Positions 1 through 8,644 of a DNA stretch of 64,000 nucleotides are shown here, in pieces (positions within the stretch are counted from its first letter, which is position 1; the number at the start of each line of letters is the position of its first letter). Position numbers and translations under genes: made by a program. The notes under the pieces were generated by a model, which did not search any database, had not been told where the DNA came from, and saw only the letters and a list, made by a program, of their open reading frames with translations. Source of the DNA: Candidatus Kapaibacterium sp. (lineage in GTDB: Bacteria > Bacteroidota > Ignavibacteria > Kapaibacteriales > UBA2268); assembly GCA_028376765.1 (NCBI GenBank), contig JAONBD010000001.1:17715-81714 (forward strand), given 5' to 3'.

Positions 1-852
1 AACTAGTATTTCTCTTTGATAATCAATTTCCACTATTTTATCTTCAAACGAGGTCCAACCTATCACTCCATCAAAACTTGGATTTTGATAGCCAATAGAA
101 ACTATTTTAATACTTTCCCAAGCCAAGTTTTCAACTTCTAATGTATTGGATGAACTAGTTTGAATCACATTTTTTCCACCAGCTCCGCTGTTTAAACTTT
201 CACCATCCATCAACATATTTACCTTGTTACCAACGAGCGAAGAAACTATTATAATTGAGTTTGCTCCAGTATCAAATACAAAATCTAAGTATGATGAATT
301 ATTAATTTTTCCTTTAATATGAATACGATGATCTTTTCCAACTCTGAAAGGAATTGTGTCATAAAAAAACATTTCTTTATCAATCTTTCTACTGTAACTC
401 AGAATCTTTTGTTCCACAAATGAGGCAGATTTAGTGGTATCAGTATTTATTCTTGTGTAAGCCTTTTCGCCATTATTTAAAAGAACTACAAAATCATACT
501 GTTTGTTTGGTTTTACAATAAAAGATATGGTGTCTATATCTGAATAAAAAAGAACAGTTTTTTCTCCTTTAAATATTTTTGGGACATACTCATCCAATTC
601 TAAATATGGAGAGATTGTCCATGAATCTTTATAATTGTTATTACCATCTTGAACACTTATAACAGGAGATTTAGATCTCAAAACTAATGAATCAACAAAT
701 TGAGAAGTCGCCCAATTATCCTTTTGAAAAACTTTCATATTTTGAGTTTCTTTTATAATAAATTGTTTAGATTTACTCTTAGAATTGTCGTCTGATGAGC
801 AGCTCATAATAATGATAATTAGCACAATTTTTATAAAAAAGGTTCTATTCAT
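1..852 (-). CDS. Lipoprotein with retropepsin-like (clan AA) aspartic peptidase domain; 5'-partial, gene runs off window start
   Basis: Translated by hand on the minus strand from the ATG at 852 with no stops down to position 1. The N-terminus is MNRTFFIKIVLIIIIMSCSS (signal peptide plus lipobox Cys). There is a DFVFDTGAN (D-T-G) active-site motif. It is absent from the ORF track because no stop lies in the window. Confidence 0.6.
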   Translation of the reverse strand, partial: MNRTFFIKIVLIIIIMSCSSDDNSKSKSKQFIIKETQNMKVFQKDNWATSQFVDSLVLRSKSPVISVQDGNNNYKDSWTISPYLELDEYVPKIFKGEKTVLFYSDIDTISFIVKPNKQYDFVVLLNNGEKAYTRINTDTTKSASFVEQKILSYSRKIDKEMFFYDTIPFRVGKDHRIHIKGKINNSSYLDFVFDTGANSIIIVSSLVGNKVNMLMDGESLNSGAGGKNVIQTSSSNTLEVENLAWESIKIVSIGYQNPSFDGVIGWTSFEDKIVEIDYQREILV

Positions 853-899
853 TTATTACTTGTAAAATTGAAATTAATTAATAAGAGACTCCAAGTCCT

Positions 900-1481
900 T
901 TAAAGTATTTTATTGAAAGAGTATATCTTTTCAATCACATAGTGTATTGTTCTTATTGCATCAATTGCGTGATTGCTCCAATGATGCCTAAAATCGAATT
1001 TCATTCCCCACATAGCATTCTCTATGCTTTCTTCAGTGTTCAAGTCAAAAATCATAAGCTGATATTTGATGTCTTTATAAATATCCATTACATCATCTAA
1101 CAAATCTCCCATTACAGGTGATTCGTTTCCAAAGACGTTTTCAGTTGGGTCAAAAATTGTCCAATAGCATTGATTTTCTCCAAGTAGTTTGCTTGTTCGA
1201 TTCTTTATATTTTCAAATTCTTTGTTATCCAGCTTTTCTTCAAAATCTATATTCGAATCTAAGTCTATCGTTTGCAGATTTATTCCATTTGTATATAGTT
1301 CAAGAAGCAACTTCTGTAGTTCGACCAAATAATTAGAATCATTTTTGTCATTTGTTTCGAGTAATTCACAATATGCTCGACACGACCCTAAAAAGTCTTG
1401 AAATTCCTTTTCTTGAAATAATTTGGCTGTAGCTCTTCCTATCCCTGAACTAGCTCCTGTAATTAAAATTGTTTTATTCAT
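900..1481 (-). CDS. Hypothetical protein; the first ~25 aa carry an SDR-type Rossmann motif (ILITGASSGIGRATAKLF) and the remainder is unrelated
   Basis: 193-aa ORF. The TGxxxGxG motif is at the N-terminus. The rest lacks SDR catalytic motifs (no YxxxK), so it may be chimeric or a remnant. Confidence 0.45.
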   Translation of the reverse strand: MNKTILITGASSGIGRATAKLFQEKEFQDFLGSCRAYCELLETNDKNDSNYLVELQKLLLELYTNGINLQTIDLDSNIDFEEKLDNKEFENIKNRTSKLLGENQCYWTIFDPTENVFGNESPVMGDLLDDVMDIYKDIKYQLMIFDLNTEESIENAMWGMKFDFRHHWSNHAIDAIRTIHYVIEKIYSFNKIL

Positions 1482-1676
1482 TATAGTATTGTTTTTGTTT
1501 AAAATACAAATGTCAGAAACATTAACTCGAAAAATTTATAGATTTCTCGGAAAGACGAATAGATATTACTAAAGTGAATTTATTTAGTGAGATTGGTGTT
1601 CATTGTGCCTAACGTTTAGTATATGCGGAGTGCGACCGTTTAGGGAGCATTACCGCATATACATTGTTGTAAGCAG

Positions 1677-2729
1677 TTATCTTTTAATTAATTTGTATGT
1701 TGTCTGATTGGTATTGCTTAGGATGGTCAAATAGTATATCCCTGATTTTGTTTCTGGTATTTTTATAGTTCCTGAACATTTTCCTTCAGTAATATTTCGC
1801 CCTAAAATGTCATAAATGATGAAGTATTCATCACCAAGCAGATTCTCGACAAAAATTTCATCTGAAAACGGATTCGGGTAAATTTTATACCCTTTTTCGA
1901 AAAGGTTCTCTTCAACACTTGTCAATGGAGTGCAGGAACTAACATCAATTTCGCTGTATAAATTTGGGTCTTGGTTTGGGTCTTCGACCGCATTAGCCAT
2001 CATTGAAATTTTAACAATTTCATCACTTGTAGAAAAGCATAATTGGTGAAAGTTATCGTTGTCGTTTATGTCTGCTATCGAAATTGGTACATGCGGAATT
2101 AGAACTCCTGAACTATCAGAATAACCAATATAGTATTGAAATAAGTCAGATTCGGTATCACCATTTATATACGGTGTAATGCCACCATTCCAAGCAACTT
2201 GAATCGTTTGTACTCCTGAATTACATTCATTCAGGTTACCATCAATTTTTTGGGCAAAAAATAAACTTGGACCATCAGCAAGCGGAATAACATTAGTGGT
2301 AGTGATTCCGTTTAGGTTTATGATTTCTGAACAAGCGGACTCTCCGGATATAGTAGCTGTTGTAAATAAATCATCCACAACTCTTACCTCAACAGGTGGA
2401 TTAGTAACAGCAGTTCCAAATTCACCTATCAATAGCACTGTTCGATTTTCACCGTTTTCATTTGCTGGTGCTAAAACAGCACACATCGGTATGTGTATAT
2501 TTCCAAGGCTATCCAAAACTTCAAAATCAGTTTCCGATAAACTGGATGCATCTAATGGGAATTTAAAATTAACAGGCATACCATCTAGCAGGCTTCCTGG
2601 TTGATTACATAATAAACTTGGTAGTCCATTATCAAGTCCAAAAAAAGCCGACACAAGAGTATCTTGTGATTTGGCATTTATAACAAAAGTTAAAATTGTT
2701 ATTACTGAAAGTAAGATTTTTCTTCTCAT
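1677..2729 (-). CDS. Secreted protein with T9SS (Por) C-terminal sorting domain
   Basis: N-terminal signal peptide MRRKILLSVITILTFVINAKSQ. The C-terminus KIYPNPFSDEIFVENL...YDILGRNI...GIYYLTI matches the T9SS CTD pattern. Confidence 0.65.
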   Translation of the reverse strand: MRRKILLSVITILTFVINAKSQDTLVSAFFGLDNGLPSLLCNQPGSLLDGMPVNFKFPLDASSLSETDFEVLDSLGNIHIPMCAVLAPANENGENRTVLLIGEFGTAVTNPPVEVRVVDDLFTTATISGESACSEIINLNGITTTNVIPLADGPSLFFAQKIDGNLNECNSGVQTIQVAWNGGITPYINGDTESDLFQYYIGYSDSSGVLIPHVPISIADINDNDNFHQLCFSTSDEIVKISMMANAVEDPNQDPNLYSEIDVSSCTPLTSVEENLFEKGYKIYPNPFSDEIFVENLLGDEYFIIYDILGRNITEGKCSGTIKIPETKSGIYYLTILSNTNQTTYKLIKR

Positions 2730-2805
2730 ATTTTTTGTCTTTATTATTACTGCTAACGTTTAATGTAAAATGCGTTTTAATGCATTTTTACATAGTGTTA
2801 ACCGT

Positions 2806-3927
2806 TTATTTTTTTATAAGTTTTCCAGCTGCGATTCGTTCCTTAGAATTCCATATTTCATAGAAATAAATACCGCTTGGTAGCTGATCTGTGACTATCG
2901 TTGTCAAGGTGGTAAATCTCTCTTTTAGAATTTTATTGGAAAGATTATCATATAGAACGAACATTGTGTTTTCATGTTTTAAATTCGATATATTTAGTTG
3001 GTCTGAAAAAGGATTTGGAAAAATTTTGAAAGTGTTGTTTCTTTCTTCAATCAATCCAGTTGTTACAGTACAAAAACTATCGAAAAAGTCTCCAATGATT
3101 GTGCTTTGATTAATATCTTTATTAGTAAAACCTAAAGGGCTAGGTGAATTAGATCCACTCCAAGTATGCCCCCCATTTGAGACTTTGTAAAATGTCACTT
3201 CACTGCCATTTACTCCACCACTGTAATAATATTTCTCAACGGTTGAACTATCTGTTAAATTTGAGTTTGGCACAGCTGTAAAGGAGGGAGAAGGATTACA
3301 GTTATTGTGCTGTACCCACCATTGTATGGTACTATCGACAGGTGAAATAGTAGGTGGTGACCCCATATATGGAACAGTATTGTCTTCTGTTCCATGAAAA
3401 TGCATGATTGGTATTTGTGGTGCTGATGCTGACTGGTTTTTAAGCAAATTTGTCATATTTCCTGACCCTACAGCTATAGCATTAACAACATGAGGTGTAT
3501 TATTTGCAAATTTACAGGTCATAAAACCACCTTGAGAAAATCCAGTAACTAACAACCAATTGTTGGTGGAATAATTTGAACGAATAGAATCTACTAAATT
3601 TGAAAGAAAATCAACATCTGAGTTATTAATTGTTTCCCATTTATTTAAATTACTATTCCCAATAGGCTTTCCATTTGGGTACACTAAGATAAAACCTTTA
3701 CTATCGGCAATATTATCAAACTGTGTTATGGATTGTTGCTGAGTTGCATTTGAAAGCAATCCATGTAGATTCAGAACGATTGGATATTGGTTGTTGGTTG
3801 AATACCCTGTTGGCAAATGAACAATGAAAGTTCTGTAAGTACTTTGGTCATAAATACTGTCAAGTTGAGCAAACAAAGGATTAGTATATATTACAATTTT
3901 AAAAAGTATTGCAAATGCTATTTTCAT
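2806..3927 (-). CDS. Secreted alpha/beta-hydrolase esterase (PHB-depolymerase/esterase-like, GFSQGG nucleophile elbow) with T9SS C-terminal sorting domain
   Basis: The ORF track extends to 4050, but the internal Met at 3927 begins a canonical signal peptide (MKIAFAILFKIVIYTNPLFAQ). It has a GxSxG motif (GFSQGG) and a C-terminus KIFPNPFSDQLNI...GIYFYEI. Confidence 0.6.
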   Translation of the reverse strand: MKIAFAILFKIVIYTNPLFAQLDSIYDQSTYRTFIVHLPTGYSTNNQYPIVLNLHGLLSNATQQQSITQFDNIADSKGFILVYPNGKPIGNSNLNKWETINNSDVDFLSNLVDSIRSNYSTNNWLLVTGFSQGGFMTCKFANNTPHVVNAIAVGSGNMTNLLKNQSASAPQIPIMHFHGTEDNTVPYMGSPPTISPVDSTIQWWVQHNNCNPSPSFTAVPNSNLTDSSTVEKYYYSGGVNGSEVTFYKVSNGGHTWSGSNSPSPLGFTNKDINQSTIIGDFFDSFCTVTTGLIEERNNTFKIFPNPFSDQLNISNLKHENTMFVLYDNLSNKILKERFTTLTTIVTDQLPSGIYFYEIWNSKERIAAGKLIKK

Positions 3928-4072
3928 AAATTTTGTTATTACGGTTAACGGTTCGGCTATGAATAGTTGCGTAGGTTGGCACTCAATTTTGCAAGTACAC
4001 ACTGAGCTGGAAATTCCGCAGGAATTTTCAAAGTATGAAAGAACAAGCAATTATTTATAGCCATTGTTGTGC

Positions 4073-4489
4073 TTAGTTTTTATTTTTTCTGAGATTAACA
4101 ATAGGGATTAAAAAAATCATTCCGTTAAAAACTGCGACCCCTATTAATAAATACCCAATCCATTGAAGATTAGCAGGAAGTGGCATTGGATCAATTATTT
4201 GATATAGTACACTAAAAATCCAGAATAGGAGAATGATTGATGACAAGGTCTTTATTACTGAAATATTCTCTTTTTGCTTAGACAAAAAATAACCTAGAAA
4301 TAAGGAAACAACCAACAGGTTAAAACTGAAATAGTTATTTAATGAATAAAGGGACCAGTTAATTGTCGGACTTTGTTGTTCAAGGTAATTTCCCCAGTTA
4401 TATTGATATGGTATGTAAAAATGGTACAGACCCATCAAGATTGTCTGAAAAGTACCAAATTTCAAAAGCAATAAATTCTTGTTTGTCAT
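4073..4489 (-). CDS. Hypothetical polytopic membrane protein
   Basis: 138-aa ORF with several hydrophobic segments and no recognisable motifs. Confidence 0.4.
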   Translation of the reverse strand: MTNKNLLLLKFGTFQTILMGLYHFYIPYQYNWGNYLEQQSPTINWSLYSLNNYFSFNLLVVSLFLGYFLSKQKENISVIKTLSSIILLFWIFSVLYQIIDPMPLPANLQWIGYLLIGVAVFNGMIFLIPIVNLRKNKN

Positions 4490-4621
4490 AAATTCAGGTT
4501 TCTTTTAAGTATTCAGTTTAATTAAGCACAACGGTAAAAATAAACACTATTGCTATTATCTACCATTATTTTATTAAGTTTATTCAAATATAGAAAATAA
4601 ATAAGAAATAAACAACTATAC

Positions 4622-5467
4622 ATGCCTTATCCTGAAATAATTAAGTTAATTGAAGATTTTAAAACATTCTTAACATTAAAAAGATATAGTAAAAGCTCTG
4701 TAGATACCTATTCTTCTATAGTTAATGGCTTTTTTAATTTTATAAAGCTATCTGATTATAAATTAGTAAACTCTAAAATAATAGAAAAGTTTCTAACCAA
4801 GAGAGTAATTGATGATAAAGTGTCATTTTCTACCCAAAAACAAATTATTGGGAGCTTCAAATTATTTTTTAATACTTTTCTAAACATGAATCTTGAAATT
4901 GATTATCTTAATCCAGAACGACATGAAAAAAAATTACCAAATGTACTTTCTCAAAATGAAGTAAAGAAAATATTTGAAAATACTCCTAACTTGAAACATA
5001 AGACTTTGCTTAATGCAATTTACGCTTGTGGCTTAAGAATGGAAGAAGTATTAAACCTGAAAATCCAAGATATTGATTCAGAAAGAATGAATCTGAAAAT
5101 TGTAAATTCAAAGGGTAACAAAGATAGATACGTTCCTTTATCTCATAAATTATTAGATTTATTACGAGTATATTATAAAAAATACAGACCAATAGATTAT
5201 GTGTTTGAAGGTCAAAATGGCGGGAAATACTCTGCTACCTCAGTTAGATCTATATATAAAAAGGCTGTAAAAAAAACTGGAATTAACAAAAAAGTCACAG
5301 TTCATACTTTAAGGCATAGTTATGCAACACACTTAATTGAAAATGGTTATGACATTCGAATTATTCAGGAATTAATGGGGCATAGCTCAATAAAGACAAC
5401 TCAAATTTATACTCATATCACTGAAATATCAAGAGATAAACTAGTTAGTCCACTCGATTTAATTTAA
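4622..5467 (+). CDS. Tyrosine site-specific recombinase (XerC/XerD / phage-integrase family)
   Basis: The C-terminal catalytic region HTLRHSYATHLIENGYDIRIIQELMGHSSIKTTQIYTH carries the R..H..R..Y signature. The N-terminal SAM-like core-binding domain is present. Confidence 0.85.
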   Translation: MPYPEIIKLIEDFKTFLTLKRYSKSSVDTYSSIVNGFFNFIKLSDYKLVNSKIIEKFLTKRVIDDKVSFSTQKQIIGSFKLFFNTFLNMNLEIDYLNPERHEKKLPNVLSQNEVKKIFENTPNLKHKTLLNAIYACGLRMEEVLNLKIQDIDSERMNLKIVNSKGNKDRYVPLSHKLLDLLRVYYKKYRPIDYVFEGQNGGKYSATSVRSIYKKAVKKTGINKKVTVHTLRHSYATHLIENGYDIRIIQELMGHSSIKTTQIYTHITEISRDKLVSPLDLI

Positions 5468-5596
5468 ATAGTTTCCAAACCATTTATAAAATATGGTTAA
5501 ACCATTTTCTTGTATTTTGTTTTGTGATTTGTAGCTTACGCCTAAAAAAGGTAGCCCCCACCTAAATCCTTTCACCTAAAGGTTGAGGGCTTGAAA

Positions 5597-5920
5597 AAAC
5601 GCAAAAAAGTGTTACCAAGTGTTACCAGTTCTTTGAAAAAAAGTCATTGATTGCATGCATCGAGCGAAGTTCACTCGAAATGCAAAAGCGAAAGAGATAC
5701 TCAAGCCTCAGCACGTCATTCAGACTGGAGCGTAGCGGAAGGAAGAATCCAGTAAAAACCAGCACATACTGGATTCTTCAATCGGACTGCTGTACTCTTT
5801 CTGAATGACGAGCCATTGAAAAAGTGGAAGTGGTAACACTTTTAAATGCGAAAAAGTGTTACCAAGTGTTACCAGTTCTTTGGAAAAACGCAAAAATGTG
5901 TTACCAAGTGTTACCAAATG
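5597..5920. repeat. Composite repeat region. It has three direct copies of a ~40-bp unit centred on the tandem decamer GTGTTACCAAGTGTTACCA (5608-5627, 5855-5874, 5897-5916), one short inverted copy (5829-5838) and a palindromic hairpin element (5713-5809).
   Basis: Seen directly in sequence. The reverse complement of 5700-5876 aligns at roughly 85-90% identity with 53497-53707. Confidence 0.75.
5713..5809. repeat. 97-nt near-perfect palindromic element. The outer 11-bp stem is CGTCATTCAGA/TCTGAATGACG and the inner stem is GAAGAATCCAGTA/TACTGGATTCTTC. It is a candidate structured ncRNA or MITE-like element.
   Basis: The stems are visible by eye. A second copy, inverted and 1.5x duplicated, lies at 53563-53706. 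Confidence 0.55.
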
Positions 5921-5949
5921 TGTGAAAAATAAAATCAAGACAAAATTGG

Positions 5950-5986
5950 TCTTACTTCCATTTGTCAAAAAATAATATTAACTTTG
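5950..5986 (+). promoter_or_regulatory. Putative Bacteroidota sigma-A-type promoter for the E1 gene (-33 TTTG at 5953-5956, -7 TAACTTTG at 5979-5986)
   Basis: It matches the TAnnTTTG -7 consensus with a TTTG about 22 bp upstream. It is located about 45 bp upstream of the ATG at 6029 and downstream of the repeat region. Confidence 0.4.
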
Positions 5987-6028
5987 TAAAATTTGTTAAA
6001 AATGTAAATATTGAAATCGGAGTAAAAA

Positions 6029-8086
6029 ATGGCCGTTAAACCCGGAAAGAAAGGAAGACCTTCAAAATCTCAAAATACTAGTATTTCAAAAGAAGAAAAA
6101 TTAAAAGCTTTAAAATTAATGATTACGGCTCGTAAGACCGATGAAAAGCACCTTACACTTGTAAAACAAGGTAAATCATTTTTTCACATTGGTGTTTCTG
6201 GTCACGAGTGTATTCAAGTAGCGATTGCTCAAAACTTGGAACAACGTGATTGGGGTTGGACTTATTACCGAGATATGGCATTTTCTTATGCTAAAGGTAT
6301 GACCCCACAGGATTACTTTATGCTAGCATTTGCAAAGAAAGATTGCCCTTCTACAGGTGGCCGTCAGATGCCAGGTCACTTCGGTAACCCTGCATTGAAC
6401 TTGCCAACTCAATCATCTCCTACTGGAACTCAGTTCCTATCGGCTGTTGGGACTGCATTAGCTGCCAAAAAAGCTGGTGTAAATGATGTTACCTACGTTG
6501 CTTCGGGTGAAGGAACAACTTCGCAAGGTGAGTTCTACGAGGCTGTTAACTGGGCAACAAGGGAAAAATTAGGTGTGATTTTCTGTATTCAAGATAATAA
6601 ATATGCTATATCTGTAAAATCAGAAGATCAAATTATGGGTGGTACCGTTTCAGATTTATTTGCTGGGTATGACGATCTATTAAAATTACATATCGATGGT
6701 ACTGATTATGAAGAATCAGTCGCTGCTGCAAAACAAGCAATAGAGTATATCAGAGCTGGCAAGGGACCAGTATTATTACATGCTGATGTAGAAAGATTAC
6801 TACCTCACTCTTCATCTGATGATCATAGAAAATATAGACCTTTAGACTCTTTAGAAGATGCAAAAGAATCGAGAGATTGTATTAAAAAGCTATCTGCTAA
6901 AATGTTAGCTGATGGAGATATAACAGAAGAAGAATTAGAAATATTAAGCAAAGCTGTAAATACAGAACTTACCGAAGCAATAGATTGGGCTTGGGAGCAA
7001 GAAGATCCATCTGCTGAAGATTCGATTAAAGAGAACTTTGCAGATCCTTCAACTAGAGATTTGCCTTACGCTGACGAATCATTAGAAATTACTGGTGCAC
7101 CAGCAGTTCTTGTTGATGGTGTGAACCATGCCTTAAAAGAAGAATTAGCCAGAAATGAAAAAATCTTAGTATTTGGTGAAGATATTGAAGATAATAAAGG
7201 TGGTGTTTTTACTGCCACTCGTGGTCTTTCTACTCAGTTTGGAAGAGAAAGAGTATTCAACTCTCCTCTTGCTGAAGCCTCAATAATGGGGGTTGCATTA
7301 GGATTGGCAGTTAGAGGGTATAAACCAGTTGTAGAAATTCAGTTTGGAGATTATATCTGGCCATCATTTATGCAATGGAAAAATGAAGTTGCTGCAATGA
7401 GGTTTAGATCTAACGGTGGATTTTCATCTGCTGTTGTATGCCGTGTTGCTGTTGGTGGATATATTCATGGTGGTCTTTGTCATTCACAAAATATTGAATC
7501 GATATTTTCTCATGTTCCTGGAATTATGATAGCATATCCATCAAATGCTGCAGATGCAAAGGGGCTTTTAAAAGCTGCTTGTAGAATGGAAGATCCAGTT
7601 TTATTCTGTGAACACAAAGGAATGTATAGACTTCCTTTTGCAAGAGTAAACGAACCTGACGAAAACTATTTATTACCATTCGGGAAAGGTAAAATTGTAA
7701 AAGAAGGTAGTGATGCAACGATTGTTACCTACGGAATGACTTTGAAACAATCAGTAGATGCAGTTAAGAAAATTGAAAAAGAAACTGGCAAATCAGTTGA
7801 AATCATTGACTTAAGAACTATAGTTCCTTGGGATAAAGAATTGGTTCTTGAATCAGTTAAGAAAACTGGTAGAGCAATTGTAATACATGAAGATACAATG
7901 ACAACATCTGTATCTGGAGAAGTAGTATCACACATTGCCGACGAATGTTTCCAATATTTGGATGCTCCTGTTAGAAGATTAACAGCTAAGGATTCTCACA
8001 TTCCTTATCACCCAAATTATGAAAATGATGTACTTCCAACAGAGGAAAAAGTAAAAGCAGCAGTCGAAAGCTTGCTAAATTTCTAA
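6029..8086 (+). CDS. 2-oxoacid dehydrogenase E1 component, fused alpha+beta subunits (pyruvate/branched-chain/acetoin dehydrogenase E1, TPP-dependent)
   Basis: The alpha part has a TPP-binding region (YVASGEGTTSQGEFYEAVNWA). The beta part has AEASIMGVALGLAVRGYKPVVEIQFGDYIWP and a C-terminal transketolase-like domain. 685 aa is typical of fused forms. Confidence 0.85.
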   Translation: MAVKPGKKGRPSKSQNTSISKEEKLKALKLMITARKTDEKHLTLVKQGKSFFHIGVSGHECIQVAIAQNLEQRDWGWTYYRDMAFSYAKGMTPQDYFMLAFAKKDCPSTGGRQMPGHFGNPALNLPTQSSPTGTQFLSAVGTALAAKKAGVNDVTYVASGEGTTSQGEFYEAVNWATREKLGVIFCIQDNKYAISVKSEDQIMGGTVSDLFAGYDDLLKLHIDGTDYEESVAAAKQAIEYIRAGKGPVLLHADVERLLPHSSSDDHRKYRPLDSLEDAKESRDCIKKLSAKMLADGDITEEELEILSKAVNTELTEAIDWAWEQEDPSAEDSIKENFADPSTRDLPYADESLEITGAPAVLVDGVNHALKEELARNEKILVFGEDIEDNKGGVFTATRGLSTQFGRERVFNSPLAEASIMGVALGLAVRGYKPVVEIQFGDYIWPSFMQWKNEVAAMRFRSNGGFSSAVVCRVAVGGYIHGGLCHSQNIESIFSHVPGIMIAYPSNAADAKGLLKAACRMEDPVLFCEHKGMYRLPFARVNEPDENYLLPFGKGKIVKEGSDATIVTYGMTLKQSVDAVKKIEKETGKSVEIIDLRTIVPWDKELVLESVKKTGRAIVIHEDTMTTSVSGEVVSHIADECFQYLDAPVRRLTAKDSHIPYHPNYENDVLPTEEKVKAAVESLLNF

Positions 8087-8097
8087 ATAATTAATTT

Positions 8098-8142
8098 AAT
8101 TACGCCTGTTTGTGCTCATCTACAGACAGGCGTAATTTTTTA
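8098..8142. terminator. Rho-independent terminator (12-bp stem AATTACGCCTGT/ACAGGCGTAATT followed by TTTT) between convergent genes
   Basis: A perfect inverted repeat spans 8098-8109 and 8126-8137, followed by the T-run 8137-8140. Confidence 0.7.
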
Positions 8143-8147
8143 ATAAA

Positions 8148-8588
8148 TCATTTAGAGTGATTCTCCCAACGCAATGTGGGAGTAAAAAGCTTACCATCAT
8201 TTGAAATTGGGGTGGCTTTTAAGACTAAATTAGAGCCTTCAAAGCTGTAGTACCTTTTAACTTTTGTTCCAATCCAATTGGGGAACAAGCTTTGTTCTAC
8301 TTTGTGAACCACAAAATTTCTTTTTTTATTAATTTCAAATTTCCCGAAATAAGAAATATAATTGTTGAAAGAATTAATAATTTCTGACTCTTTTCCCTTT
8401 CTATAATCTGGATTTTTGAAATTGGTTCTTTGGATTGAGCCTAATTGAGCAGACATAAGTCCATCATTTGTATAGATTAGGAGGCCATTCACTTCTTTTC
8501 CGATAGGGTAATATATTTCTCCATCATCAGATTCCATGGTCATTGAAATAAGGTTCCAATTGCCTAAAAATTTTTCAATCATTGTCAT
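8148..8588 (-). CDS. Hypothetical protein, lipocalin-like fold suspected
   Basis: 146 aa. The N-terminus LGNWNLISMTMESDDG... resembles lipocalin-like domain proteins, but the match is weak. Confidence 0.4.
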   Translation of the reverse strand: MTMIEKFLGNWNLISMTMESDDGEIYYPIGKEVNGLLIYTNDGLMSAQLGSIQRTNFKNPDYRKGKESEIINSFNNYISYFGKFEINKKRNFVVHKVEQSLFPNWIGTKVKRYYSFEGSNLVLKATPISNDGKLFTPTLRWENHSK

Positions 8589-8644
8589 TTTATTCTATTT
8601 GTTTAATTTTATAACTAAACAAAAATACAATTTCTAGGAAATGA

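Noticed and set aside
3928-4050. N-terminal 41-aa extension of the esterase ORF (track start 4050)
   Set aside because: The internal Met at 3927 starts a canonical signal peptide. The extension (MLVLSYFENSCGISSSVCTCK...) is Cys-rich junk.
5597-5920. The repeat as an invertible promoter driving the E1 gene
   Set aside because: A good TAnnTTTG/TTTG promoter (5950-5986) lies downstream of and outside the repeat, so E1 expression need not depend on repeat orientation. This is not excluded, only downgraded.
5720-5968. 82-aa minus-strand ORF across the left repeat region
   Set aside because: Its sequence, including the VTLGNTF repeats, is just the translation of the GTGTTACCA decamers and the palindrome, so it is an artefact of the repeat.
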